Assembly (NCBI GenBank): GCA_043819795.1
Contig: JBDREN010000049.1
Location: forward strand, 27,409-91,408
DNA from: Elusimicrobiota bacterium
GTDB taxonomy: Bacteria > Elusimicrobiota > Elusimicrobia > UBA1565
Reading direction: 5' to 3'
DNA: 64,000 bases
Of this stretch, positions 38,127 through 47,767 are shown one piece after another (within the stretch, counting starts at the first letter, position 1; every line of letters begins with the position of its first letter). The notes beneath the pieces were generated by a model that worked only from the letters and a program-made list of their open reading frames with translations, was not told the DNA's origin and ran no database searches. The position numbers and the translations under genes were made by a program.

Positions 38127-39729
38127 GCCCCTGAGAGTCGAGGATTTCGGGAAGAACGAAGGGCAGCAGCTGACCAGCGTCGACATGAGCGACCTGGTCC
38201 CCCTGCCGCCCCCTTACGACAAGATCGAGGAGCAGCCGGTATGGAAGGAGATCAAGCCGGAGGCGAAGGAGAAGATGGCCTGCAACCTCGACGGGGTGGT
38301 CGCCTGCAGCCTGCCCAAGCCCAAGGACGCCGCCGAGGAGCAGGAGATCGTCGACAAGTTCGTCTCGGGCCTTAGGAAAATCCTGACGAAAGAGAACAAT
38401 TGGACCTTCCTCCAGCCGCTTATGCTGTCTTTGGAGTACTGCGCCAAGTGCCAGACCTGCAACGACGCCTGCCCGGTCTACGAATTCAGCGGCAAGAACG
38501 ACCTCTACCGGCCCACTTACCGTTCCGAGGTGTGGCGGCGCCTGGTCAACAAGTACGTCAAGTCCGGCCCCAAGTGGCTGGCGAAGTTCAAGCACGGGGA
38601 TATCGACCTTAACTGGACGACGGTCTCGAGGCTCTACGAGCTTGCCTACCGCTGCACCTTGTGCCGCCGCTGCGCGCAGGCCTGCCCCATGGGAGTCGAC
38701 AACGGGCTCATCACCCACGAGCTGCGCAAGATCTTCAGCCAGGAGCTGGGCTGGGCCCCGAAGGAGCTCCATGAGAAGGGCACCGTGCTGCAGCTCGATG
38801 TCGGCTCCTCGACGGGCATGAGCCCCCTGGTGGTCAAGGACAACATCGAGTTCGTGGACGAGGACTTCTCCGAGGAGTCCGGCCTGGACGCCAAGACTCC
38901 GTGGGACAAGGAGGGCGCGGAGGTCCTGCTCATCCATAACGCGGGCGAGATCATGACCTGGCCGGAGAACCCCGCAGCCTTCGCCATCATCTTCAACGCC
39001 GCGGGCGTGGACTGGACGCTGGCCTCGGAGGAGCCGTCCTATGACGGCGTGAACTACGGCCTCTTCTACGACGACGTGCAGCTGGCGCGCATCGCCCTCA
39101 AGCACGCGGGCACCGCCAAGAAGCTGAAGGTCAAGAAGATCGTGATGGGGGAGTGCGGCCATCAGCACAAGGCCACGATCACCATCGCGGACCGGGTCCT
39201 GGTCGGCGACATGAACGTCAGGAGGGAGAGCTGCCTGCCGCTCCTGGAGAAGATCGTGTTCAGCGGCAAGATCAAGTTCGATCCCTCGAAGAACGACTTC
39301 CCGGTCACACTGCACGACCCGTGCAACATCACGCGCAACCTGGGGATCATCGAGCCCCAGCGGCGGATCCTGAGATACCTGTGCCCCCAGTTCCGGGAGA
39401 TGACGCCCCACGGCGCGGAGAACTACTGCTGCGGCGGGGGCAGCGGGTTCGCCGTGATGAGCCCCAATAACTTCACCGACTGGCGCGTGTCGGTGGGCGG
39501 CCGGAAGAAGTTCAAGCAGATCATCGACGCTTTCGGCGACCATCCGGGCCCGGAGGTCAAGAAGTATCTCTGCGCGCCCTGCTCCAACTGCAAGGGGCAG
39601 TTCCGGGACATGCTGAAGTACTACAACGCCCTGGAGAGGTCCGGCATCACCTACGGCGGTCTCGTCGAGCTGATCGTCAACGCCATGGTGGACATCAAGC
39701 AGCCCTTCATCAAGTGGGAAGATCATTGA
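38119..39729 (+). CDS. DsrK/HdrD-like Fe-S protein with CCG domain
   Basis: CAKCQTCNDACP, CTLCRRCAQACP, GECGH, LHDPCN, CCGGGSG, APCSNC. Confidence 0.9.
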   Translation: MPKPLRVEDFGKNEGQQLTSVDMSDLVPLPPPYDKIEEQPVWKEIKPEAKEKMACNLDGVVACSLPKPKDAAEEQEIVDKFVSGLRKILTKENNWTFLQPLMLSLEYCAKCQTCNDACPVYEFSGKNDLYRPTYRSEVWRRLVNKYVKSGPKWLAKFKHGDIDLNWTTVSRLYELAYRCTLCRRCAQACPMGVDNGLITHELRKIFSQELGWAPKELHEKGTVLQLDVGSSTGMSPLVVKDNIEFVDEDFSEESGLDAKTPWDKEGAEVLLIHNAGEIMTWPENPAAFAIIFNAAGVDWTLASEEPSYDGVNYGLFYDDVQLARIALKHAGTAKKLKVKKIVMGECGHQHKATITIADRVLVGDMNVRRESCLPLLEKIVFSGKIKFDPSKNDFPVTLHDPCNITRNLGIIEPQRRILRYLCPQFREMTPHGAENYCCGGGSGFAVMSPNNFTDWRVSVGGRKKFKQIIDAFGDHPGPEVKKYLCAPCSNCKGQFRDMLKYYNALERSGITYGGLVELIVNAMVDIKQPFIKWEDH

Positions 39730-39786
39730 TGGGCGGCCGCTAGCGTACGGATGGGATCAGGCGGCCTCCGCGGTCCCGGCGGCTCG

Positions 39787-40350
39787 TCAGCCGGCCGCCA
39801 GATGCTCGAGCAGTATCTTCGTCCCGATGGCGACGAGGATAAGGCCGCCCAGTATCCCCACCCGTCTCTCGAAGCCGTGTCCCAGGCGCCGGCCGGCCAG
39901 GACCCCGATCAGCGATAGGACCGCCGTCACCGCGCCGATCGTCAGGACCGGGCGCAGGATGCCGATGCCGAGGAAGGCGAAGGAGAGGCCGACGGCCAGC
40001 GCGTCGATGCTGGTGGCCACCGAGAGCGTCAGCAGCACCCCGATCCGCCGCAGGTCCATCGTGTGCCTCTCCGGGCCCTTGGTCGCGGCGTCGTAGATCA
40101 TCTTCCCGCCTATGAGGGCGAGCAGTCCGAACGCCACCCAGTGGTCGGCCGCCGTTATCAGGTCGGCGAGGCGCCGGCCCGCGATCCAGCCCGCCACGGG
40201 CATGAGGGCCTGAAAGAGGCCGAACGCGAGCGCGACGCGCAGGGCGTCCCGGAGCCTGGCCCCCCGCATCACCATCCCGCCGCAGATGGAGACCGTGAAC
40301 GCGTCCATGGCCAGGCCGAAGGCTATCAGTAGGGTGGTCAGAAAGCTCAT
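39787..40350 (-). CDS. mntP: Manganese efflux pump MntP
   Basis: LAMDAF, FGLFQALMP, DHW and ATSIDALAVG motifs. Confidence 0.9.
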   Translation of the reverse strand: MSFLTTLLIAFGLAMDAFTVSICGGMVMRGARLRDALRVALAFGLFQALMPVAGWIAGRRLADLITAADHWVAFGLLALIGGKMIYDAATKGPERHTMDLRRIGVLLTLSVATSIDALAVGLSFAFLGIGILRPVLTIGAVTAVLSLIGVLAGRRLGHGFERRVGILGGLILVAIGTKILLEHLAAG

Positions 40351-40430
40351 GATTCCGGGGTGCCTGGGGAGATTCTAGCTATCCTGCGGGGTCTCTGTGA
40401 ATCCGACCGGTCAGGATTCGCGCGCGGGAT

Positions 40431-40495
40431 TTGACTCCGCCTACCTTGAGATATAGAATATCACTGCATAAACCGTAGCATTTTATACGGTATTT
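40431..40495 (+). promoter_or_regulatory. sigma70 promoter plus inverted-repeat operator for the tmc/hmc operon
   Basis: TTGACT-17-TAGAAT; ACCGTA-N8-TACGGT at 40472-40491. Confidence 0.65.
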
Positions 40496-40522
40496 GCCGT
40501 TTATTCGGGAAGGTCCTAAGAA

Positions 40523-41782
40523 ATGCCTCTAGCGTGCGATTGGAAGAGCAGGGAAGACCTCCTGCTCGACCTCAAGGCCCTCAAAGAGAGATATACGAGG
40601 TGCCATGAGCCCATCGTCAGCCCCGACGGCAAGACGGTCGCCGTGCCCGTCGAGACCGAGGATGGGGATTGGACCATGTGCGTCAATGGAAAGCTGTGGG
40701 AAGGCGCCTTCGAGAGGATCTGGGCCGCGCGGTTCGGGAGCTCGGGGCAATTGGTCGCCCTCGTAAAGTCGGACGACCAGTGGGCCGTGGCCGTGGACGG
40801 CAAATCCTGGGATCAGTCCTTCGAGTTCATCTGGAACCTTGAGATAAGCCCCGATGGCTCTCATATCGCGGCTCAGGTCAAGAAGGGCGACGAGTACACG
40901 ATCATCGTCAACGGCAAGCCGTGGGAGAGGTCATTTGTATCGATGCGCGAGTTCTGCGTCGATGACCAAGGGAACGTCGCGGCCACGGTGCAGCTCGAGC
41001 CTGTGAAGGAGGCCGATATCTTCGCTTTTGCGAAGGGCTCTTGGGGCGTGGCGTATAACGGGAAGCCGTGGGGCGGGACGTACATCAACGCGTACAGCCC
41101 CGCCGTCAGCCCGGACGGCAAAGGGGCGTCGGCGCAGGTGCGCGTCGGAAGGTGCGAGTACACGATCGCCGAAGACGGGATCGTATGGAACGAGAGGTTC
41201 GGATGCACATGGGAGCAGGTCTATCACCCTAAGAGGGGGACCGTGATAGCTCCGGCGACGCTCCCGGGCGGCGGCTGGTCGCTGGTGGAGAACGGCAAGC
41301 CTCTCTGGAGCCGGAGATACGTGCAGCTTTGGCGGCCGGTGGTGTCCGGAGGCGCCGGGAGGATCGCGGCGATCGCGTCGCCTTCGTTCGGGAGATGGAC
41401 CATCGCGGTGGACGATGAACCGTGGGCGGTGACCTTCGGCGACGTGGTGCTCAAGCCCGTATTCAGTCCGGACGGCGGCCGCGTGGCCGCCGTCGTGAAG
41501 GACGACGGCCGATGGACGATCGCGGCCGACGGGGCGCCCTGGGACGAGAGTTTTGACATGGTTTGGGATCCCGTATTCGACCCGAGCGGCGGCATGGTCG
41601 CCGCGAAGGTGGAAAGAGGCGGGAAGTACACCATAGCGCTTGACGGGACCGCGTGGAAGAGGTGGTTCGACGGGATCTGCGACCCGGTATTCAGCCCTGA
41701 CGGCAAGGATGTCCTCATCCGATGCCTTGAGGACGGAAAGTTCTACAGGCGGATCATCCCGGTCTCTGAGCTCGCCGGATAA
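40523..41782 (+). CDS. tmcD: TmcD-like Trp-rich beta-propeller subunit
   Basis: Repeated W(T/A)VAVDG..W...F...W.P.FSPDG units; first gene of an operon with TmcC/TmcB homologs. Confidence 0.8.
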   Translation: MPLACDWKSREDLLLDLKALKERYTRCHEPIVSPDGKTVAVPVETEDGDWTMCVNGKLWEGAFERIWAARFGSSGQLVALVKSDDQWAVAVDGKSWDQSFEFIWNLEISPDGSHIAAQVKKGDEYTIIVNGKPWERSFVSMREFCVDDQGNVAATVQLEPVKEADIFAFAKGSWGVAYNGKPWGGTYINAYSPAVSPDGKGASAQVRVGRCEYTIAEDGIVWNERFGCTWEQVYHPKRGTVIAPATLPGGGWSLVENGKPLWSRRYVQLWRPVVSGGAGRIAAIASPSFGRWTIAVDDEPWAVTFGDVVLKPVFSPDGGRVAAVVKDDGRWTIAADGAPWDESFDMVWDPVFDPSGGMVAAKVERGGKYTIALDGTAWKRWFDGICDPVFSPDGKDVLIRCLEDGKFYRRIIPVSELAG

Positions 41783-41792
41783 GGTAAGGCGC

Positions 41793-42440
41793 ATGCACGA
41801 AATCGCGACAGGCCCGCTGCTCTGGATCAGCTTCGCGGTCTGCATCGGGGGGAGCCTTTTCAGGCTGGCGGAGATGTTCCGGCTGGCCGGCAAGGAGAAG
41901 GTCATCTACCCCTTCATGACGCTCAGGCACTCTTTGAGGTCCATCGCCCATTGGATCGTCCCGTTCGCCAGCCGCAACATGAGGCTCAGGCCGGCGATGA
42001 CGATCGCCACCTTCTCCTTTCACCTGTCTCTTTTGACCGTACCGGTATTCCTCGTGGCCCACAACGTCCTGCTGTCCGATGCTTGGGGGGTAAGCCTGTG
42101 GACCATTCCGGAGATCGCGGCCGACGTCATGTCGCTCGTCGCGATCGCCGGCTGCGCGCTGTTTGTCCTGCGAAGGGCGCTCGTCCCCGAGGTCCGTTAT
42201 GTCACGACGACGGGCGACTACGCTCTGCTGCTGATCATAGCCTTGCCGTTCGTCACCGGCTTCATAGCGCACCACCAATTCTTCGCCTATAAGACCATGC
42301 TGACCCTCCATATCCTGTGCGGAGAGGTCATGCTGATCGCGATACCGTTCACGCGGCTGAGCCACATGTTCTATTTCTTTTTCACCAGGGCATGGATGGG
42401 ATGCGAGTTTGGGGCGGTAAGGCACGCCAGGGACTGGTAG
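41793..42440 (+). CDS. tmcC: TmcC-like membrane cytochrome b
   Basis: GPLLW, RSIAHWIVPF, FHL...AHN, IPFTRLSHM, C-terminal EFGAVRHARDW. Confidence 0.8.
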   Translation: MHEIATGPLLWISFAVCIGGSLFRLAEMFRLAGKEKVIYPFMTLRHSLRSIAHWIVPFASRNMRLRPAMTIATFSFHLSLLTVPVFLVAHNVLLSDAWGVSLWTIPEIAADVMSLVAIAGCALFVLRRALVPEVRYVTTTGDYALLLIIALPFVTGFIAHHQFFAYKTMLTLHILCGEVMLIAIPFTRLSHMFYFFFTRAWMGCEFGAVRHARDW

Positions 42441-42455
42441 GCTGGGAGCCCATGA

Positions 42456-43802
42456 ATGCATAGGGAGCGAGAAGCCGTAGCCGACCCCGGGATCGACGAG
42501 CGCGTGAAGAGCCTCCGCCCGGAGGAGATCGAAGAGGCCATCGGGAAGGTCCTGGACCCGAAGGCTTCCGCCCGCTTCCGGGCATACCTCGACTCCTGCG
42601 TGCACTGCGCCCTTTGCGCGAATGCCTGCCATTTCTTCAACTCACACGACAAGGACCCCAAGTACTCGCCCGTCGCGAAGGTCAAGCAGACCATATGGGA
42701 GATCGTGAGGCGCAAGGGGAAGGTCGGTCCCGACTTTATGAAGCTGGCCGCGAGGATCGCCTACACCGAGTGCAACGGGTGCCGCCGGTGCAGCATGTAC
42801 TGCCCTTTCGGGATCGACATAGCCTTCTTCATGATGGCCATCAGGAGGATCTGCCACATCCTCGGGCTCGTGCCGCAGTACCTGCAGGACACCGTGAACA
42901 GCCACTCCACGACGATGAACCAGATGTGGGTGCAGCAGGACGAGTGGGTGGACACCCTCCAGTGGCAGGAGGACGAGGCGGGCCTGGAATACGCGGGCGC
43001 GCGCATCCCCCTGGATGTGGAAGGCGCCGATTTCATGTATTCGGTGATCGCGCCGGAGCCGAAGATCCTCGCGCAGCTTCTTGCCAATATGGCGATCATC
43101 GCCAAGGCCGCCGGCCTTAACTGGACCATGCCCGGCACGGACGGGTGGGACAACAGCAATATGGCGATGTACTCGGGCGACTTCGAGAGCATGGCCCGGG
43201 TGGAGAGGCTCCACTGGGAGACTGCGCTCAGGCTCAAGGTCAAGAAGGTCGTGATGGGGGAATGCGGCCACGCGTACCGGGGAGCCGTGTACGACGGGCC
43301 CAAGTGGCTGTCGTGGAAGAACCCGCCCCTGCCGATGATGCACGCGGTCGAGTTCTACTACGACCTCCTGAAGAGCGGGCGGATCAAAATCGCCAAGAAA
43401 TACGACAAGCCCGTGACCGTGCAGGATCCCTGCAACGTGGTCAGGGGGCGAGGACTGGGCCATAAGCTGCGCTACGTCATGCGCGAGCTCTGCTCGGACT
43501 TCCGCGACATGACGCCCAACCACGAGCACAACTACTGCTGCGCCGCCGGCGGCGGCGTGATCAACTGCGGCTCGCCTTGGAAGAGGGACCGGGTGCGCGG
43601 GAACAGGGTGAAGGCCGAACAGATCAAGGCGACGGGGGCCGAGGTAGTGGTCACCCCCTGCCACAACTGCCACAGCGGGATCGAAGACATCATCGGATAT
43701 TACAAGCTGGGCTCGCATGTGAAGTTCGTCAGCGAGATCCTGGTGGAGTGCATGGAGAGGCCGGAAGGACCGGCGGAGGTCAAGCCGCTTCTGCAGCGCT
43801 GA
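42456..43802 (+). CDS. tmcB: TmcB-like Fe-S/CCG protein
   Basis: CVHCALCANAC, CNGCRRCSMYCP, MNQMWV...WVDTLQWQE, GECGH, QDPCN, CCAAGGG, PCHNC. Confidence 0.82.
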   Translation: MHREREAVADPGIDERVKSLRPEEIEEAIGKVLDPKASARFRAYLDSCVHCALCANACHFFNSHDKDPKYSPVAKVKQTIWEIVRRKGKVGPDFMKLAARIAYTECNGCRRCSMYCPFGIDIAFFMMAIRRICHILGLVPQYLQDTVNSHSTTMNQMWVQQDEWVDTLQWQEDEAGLEYAGARIPLDVEGADFMYSVIAPEPKILAQLLANMAIIAKAAGLNWTMPGTDGWDNSNMAMYSGDFESMARVERLHWETALRLKVKKVVMGECGHAYRGAVYDGPKWLSWKNPPLPMMHAVEFYYDLLKSGRIKIAKKYDKPVTVQDPCNVVRGRGLGHKLRYVMRELCSDFRDMTPNHEHNYCCAAGGGVINCGSPWKRDRVRGNRVKAEQIKATGAEVVVTPCHNCHSGIEDIIGYYKLGSHVKFVSEILVECMERPEGPAEVKPLLQR

Positions 43803-43832
43803 CGGCGACCGGCAGGCGCGAGAGGGACGTTG

Positions 43833-44897
43833 ATGCGGATATCACGTAAGAAGTTCTTGGGGATCGTGGGAGGCGCCACGGCCGGCGTCACTCTCAAGGG
43901 CTACGCGCGGGCCGCGCGCGAGTTCGGAGGATACCCGGGCAGCTTCGGCGTATTGCACGATACGACGCGCTGCATCGGCTGCCGCTCGTGCGAAGCCGGC
44001 TGCAACAAGGTGAACGGCCTGGAGGCGCCTGAGCGCCCCTTCAAGGACCTTTCCGTTCTGGACAAGCCGCGCAGGACGGACTACAAGACCTTCACCGTCG
44101 TCAATAAGTACGAGGTCGAACGGGAGGCGGGGCCGGGAGAGAGGAAGTCCGTCACCGTGTTCAGGAAGACGCAGTGCAACCACTGCATGGAGCCGGCCTG
44201 CGGCTCCGCCTGCTTCGTCAGCGCCTTCACGAAGACGCCGGAGGGGCCGGTCGACTATGACCCGGACCTCTGCGTCGGCTGCAGGTACTGCATGCTGTCG
44301 TGCCCCTTCTATATCCCCGCCTACGAGTACCACGACGCGCTGGATCCGCGGATGACCAAATGCACGATGTGCCTTCCGAGGATCCGCGAAGGGAAGCTTC
44401 CGGGGTGCGTCGAGTCATGCCCCGTCGAGGCGCTCACGTTCGGTAAGCGCGAGGACCTGCTCAAGGTCGCTCGCCGGCGCATCAGAAGCCGTCCGGGGGC
44501 CTACGTCGACCATATCTACGGCGAGCACGAGATGGGCGGGACGAGCTGGCTTTATCTGGCCGGCGTGCCCTTCGAGAAGCTCGGGCTGCCGAAACTGGGC
44601 ACAAAGCCGCATTCGGAATACACGCATAGCGCGCTCGCGGCGGTGCCGATCGTGGTCCCGCTTTGGCTCACGTTCCTGACGGGCATCTATTCGATCAACA
44701 AGCGAAAGGACGCCGAGAGCCGGGAGTCCGAAAAGGACGCCGTGGCCGGCGCCGTCGCCGCCGTCAGGGGGGAGGAGGAACGGAAGGCCGCGGCGGCGCA
44801 GAAGAGGTCCCAGGAAGAGAAGACGAAGGCCATCGAGGCCGCGGTGAAGGAGGCCGCCGTCAAGCAGGCGAAGTCCCAGGGCGGGGAGGGAGGCTGA
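43833..44897 (+). CDS. hmcB: HmcB-like periplasmic tetra-[4Fe-4S] subunit
   Basis: Tat-like SRKKFL signal, [38 protein letters not shown]-terminal TM and coiled tail. Confidence 0.85.
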   Translation: MRISRKKFLGIVGGATAGVTLKGYARAAREFGGYPGSFGVLHDTTRCIGCRSCEAGCNKVNGLEAPERPFKDLSVLDKPRRTDYKTFTVVNKYEVEREAGPGERKSVTVFRKTQCNHCMEPACGSACFVSAFTKTPEGPVDYDPDLCVGCRYCMLSCPFYIPAYEYHDALDPRMTKCTMCLPRIREGKLPGCVESCPVEALTFGKREDLLKVARRRIRSRPGAYVDHIYGEHEMGGTSWLYLAGVPFEKLGLPKLGTKPHSEYTHSALAAVPIVVPLWLTFLTGIYSINKRKDAESRESEKDAVAGAVAAVRGEEERKAAAAQKRSQEEKTKAIEAAVKEAAVKQAKSQGGEGG

Positions 44898-46069
44898 TGT
44901 CCGAAAAGGGCGCCGGGGCGAAGGGATCGGTCTTCACTCCGTTCAACGTGATTTCGGGGCTGATCGTCCTCATGGGGCTGTATCTGACCTTCCAGAGGTT
45001 CACGGGAGGCCTGGCCGCGGTATCAAACCTTTCCGACAACACGCCCTGGGGAATCTGGATCTCCTTCGACCTGTACACCGGCGTCGCCCTGGCGGCCGGC
45101 GGATACGTCACATCCGCCGCCGTCTATCTGTTCGGCATGAAGAGGTTCCATTCCGCGGTGCGGCCGGCCATCCTTACCGGATTCTTGGGCTACGCCCTCG
45201 TCGTATTCGCCCTGCACTACGATGTCGGCCGCCCATGGCGCCTGCCGTATCCTTTTCTGGTCAGCCGGGGCACGACCTCGGTGATGTTCGAGGTGGGCGC
45301 CTGCGTCGCGCTTTATCTGAGCGTCTTGTCCCTTGAGTTCTCTCCGGCGGCGCTGGAGTGGCTGGGCTTCCGGAGGGTGCGCGATCTGGTGGCCAAGTTC
45401 ACCATCGTGCTGACCATATTCGGCGTCGTCCTTTCGACGCTGCACCAGTCCTCTTTGGGGGCCATGCTGCTGATCGTGCCGACCAAGGTGCATCCCCTTT
45501 GGTATTCGCGCTATATCCCGGTATTCTTCTTCGTCTCCAGCGTGGCCGCGGGTCTGTCCATGGTCCTGTTCGAGGGAGTCCTCTCCCATAAGTACTTCGG
45601 AAGCCAAATCGACGACAGGCACCGGCGGGAGTTCGACGGGCTGACCCTGGCCTTCGGCAAGGCTTCCGCCATGGTCCTGGCCGGGTATTTCGCGATCAAG
45701 GTCGTCGGCGTGGCCGAGGGGCACCATTGGGACCTCCTCCTGACGCCGTACGGCCTGCTGTTCCTCGTCGAGGTCCTGGTCTTCGTGCTCCTCCCCTGCA
45801 TCCTTTTCACGGCCGGCTATCGCGAAAGGAACCTGAGGATGATCAGGATATCCGCGGTGATCACCGTCCTGGGGATCATTCTCAACCGCTTCAACATCAC
45901 CCTGATCGCATTCAACTGGCAGCTGCCCGCCGCAGAACGGTATTTCCCGCACTGGGGTGAGATCGGCATATCGGTATTCATCGTCACCGTCGGGCTGAAC
46001 GCGTACCGGTTCATCGTCAGCAGGATGCCGATCCTGCACGAGCACCCGGAGTACAAAGAGGCTCATTGA
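44897..46069 (+). CDS. hmcC: HmcC (NrfD/HybB-family) membrane subunit
   Basis: SNLSDNTPWGIWISFD, GVALAAGGY, DVGRPWRLPYP, LSTLHQSSLG, YFPHW. Confidence 0.87.
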   Translation: MSEKGAGAKGSVFTPFNVISGLIVLMGLYLTFQRFTGGLAAVSNLSDNTPWGIWISFDLYTGVALAAGGYVTSAAVYLFGMKRFHSAVRPAILTGFLGYALVVFALHYDVGRPWRLPYPFLVSRGTTSVMFEVGACVALYLSVLSLEFSPAALEWLGFRRVRDLVAKFTIVLTIFGVVLSTLHQSSLGAMLLIVPTKVHPLWYSRYIPVFFFVSSVAAGLSMVLFEGVLSHKYFGSQIDDRHRREFDGLTLAFGKASAMVLAGYFAIKVVGVAEGHHWDLLLTPYGLLFLVEVLVFVLLPCILFTAGYRERNLRMIRISAVITVLGIILNRFNITLIAFNWQLPAAERYFPHWGEIGISVFIVTVGLNAYRFIVSRMPILHEHPEYKEAH

Positions 46070-46070
46070 C

Positions 46071-46202
46071 ATGCACACGCTTCACGATTTTTTCTGGCTC
46101 ACGGAGGCGGTGATGTACGTGCTCATCCTGGCCATGTTGGCCGGGTTCGTCTGGTTCTATTACGCCCTGACCGGCGGCGAAGAAAAGGAGAACGGCTCGT
46201 GA
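46071..46202 (+). CDS. hmcD: HmcD-like small membrane protein (43 aa, not in ORF track)
   Basis: MHTLHDFFWLTEAVMYVLILAMLAGFVWFYYALTGGEEKENGS*; single TM; fills the gap between hmcC and hmcA with TGATG coupling. Confidence 0.8.
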   Translation: MHTLHDFFWLTEAVMYVLILAMLAGFVWFYYALTGGEEKENGS

Positions 46203-47764
46203 TGCCGCGGGACGCAGGGCGGCGCGGCTTAAGAAAGCTCTTGAGCGGGGCGGTCGCGGTCGCGCTTCTGGGCGGGGTCTGCATCGGGGAGGGAGGAGAG
46301 TCCCGCGGGCACGCGCGGACGGATGTGGTCACCATCGATACCCTTTCGCGGTTCGGGGAGCTGGAAAGGCCGCCGGTCGTTTTCCTGCACGACCTGCACA
46401 CCGAGGCGCTCAAGGGGCAGAAGGACGGCTGCGGCGCCTGTCATCTCGAGGGCGAGCGGGGGCTCTTCTCGCCCATTTTTCAGAGGCGCGGGGACGAGGG
46501 GAAGCAGGCGGTGATCGACCTCTACCACGGCAAGTGCGTCGCATGCCACCAAAAACGGGCGGCCGGGGGGCTGAAGACGGGGCCCGTCTCCCTGAGCGAC
46601 TGCGGCGCATGTCATAAACGGCGGCCCGAGGTGGTCTCCGCCAGGCATGAGATGGGGCTCGACAAGTCCCTGCATTACAGGCATGTCAGGGCAAGCGATC
46701 GCAAGTGCGAGCGCTGTCATCATGCGTACGATGAGTCGAAGCGGGAGCTGTATCACGCGAAGGGAGAGGAGAGCTCCTGCAGGGATTGTCATGGGGCGCG
46801 GCTCGAGGACAATCGCGAGTCCATGGCGGCGGTCTCGCACGGGCAGTGCCTCGGCTGCCATCTGAGGACGATCGCTCAGAACAAGGAATCGGGCCCCGTG
46901 TCATGCGCGGGCTGCCACGACAAGACCAAGCAGCTCGCCTACGAACGGGTCGCGCGGGTCCCGCGGCTCAAGCGCGGCCAGCCCGACATCGGCCTCGTGC
47001 GCCCGGCCGGCCTCAAGAAGGGCGGGATGAGGACCGTCCCCTTCCGCCACGAGCTCCATGAGCGGGCGCAGGACACCTGCCGCGTATGCCACCACCGGAG
47101 CCTCAAGGCCTGCGGGGATTGCCACACTGTGCTCGGCGACCACGACGACGGCGGGGGGATCATGCTGTCCCGGGCCATGCACGGCGCGGCTTCGGACCGC
47201 AGCTGCGTGGGCTGTCACGACAGCGTGAAGGGGGGGCGGGACTGCGCGGGCTGTCACGCGCTCATGAAGCCCGGGCCGCTGGGCAAGGGGACCTGCGCCG
47301 TCTGCCATGCCGGGCCACCCCTCGGCGATCCCGCGATCGCTCGGACGAAGCCTTCCTCCTACTCCAGTTTTCTCCCCAAGAGGGCGTACTCACGGCTCAC
47401 CTGGAAGGGGACGGACCTTCCGGAGCGGGTGGAGATCGGGCTGCTATCGGACCGGTACGAGCCGGCCATCTTCCCCCATCGCAAGGTCCTCGACGCGTTG
47501 CGGCGGGACGTCGGCAAGAGCGAGCTGGCCAAGAGCTTCCACGGCGGCGAGAACGCTCTCTGCATGGGCTGCCATCACGCCGCTCCCGCGGGGATGCGGC
47601 CCGCCGCCTGCGGGAACTGCCACGGCAAGCCGCTGCAGGGCATGGATCTCGCCATGCCCGGGCTCAAGGGCGCCTATCACCTGCAGTGCATGGGCTGTCA
47701 CGAAAGGATGGGCCTGCAGAAACACAACGGCTGCGAGGCCTGCCACAAGGAGAGGAGCCGGTAG
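46202..47764 (+). CDS. hmcA: High-molecular-weight cytochrome c HmcA (16 hemes)
   Basis: Signal peptide; 16 CxxCH motifs counted; VVFLHDLHT, DKSLHYRH and PGLKGAYH motifs. Confidence 0.9.
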   Translation: MPRDAGRRGLRKLLSGAVAVALLGGVCIGEGGESRGHARTDVVTIDTLSRFGELERPPVVFLHDLHTEALKGQKDGCGACHLEGERGLFSPIFQRRGDEGKQAVIDLYHGKCVACHQKRAAGGLKTGPVSLSDCGACHKRRPEVVSARHEMGLDKSLHYRHVRASDRKCERCHHAYDESKRELYHAKGEESSCRDCHGARLEDNRESMAAVSHGQCLGCHLRTIAQNKESGPVSCAGCHDKTKQLAYERVARVPRLKRGQPDIGLVRPAGLKKGGMRTVPFRHELHERAQDTCRVCHHRSLKACGDCHTVLGDHDDGGGIMLSRAMHGAASDRSCVGCHDSVKGGRDCAGCHALMKPGPLGKGTCAVCHAGPPLGDPAIARTKPSSYSSFLPKRAYSRLTWKGTDLPERVEIGLLSDRYEPAIFPHRKVLDALRRDVGKSELAKSFHGGENALCMGCHHAAPAGMRPAACGNCHGKPLQGMDLAMPGLKGAYHLQCMGCHERMGLQKHNGCEACHKERSR

Positions 47765-47767
47765 CGG

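Noticed and set aside
37239..39729. Evidence that the host is a dissimilatory sulfate reducer
   Set aside because: DsrMK-like, Hmc and Tmc homologs alone are not diagnostic; no dsrAB, dsrC, dsrJOP, apr or sat in the window
40351..40520. yybP-ykoY Mn riboswitch upstream of mntP
   Set aside because: Core motif not found, and a TAGAAT -10 lies close to the start codon, leaving no room
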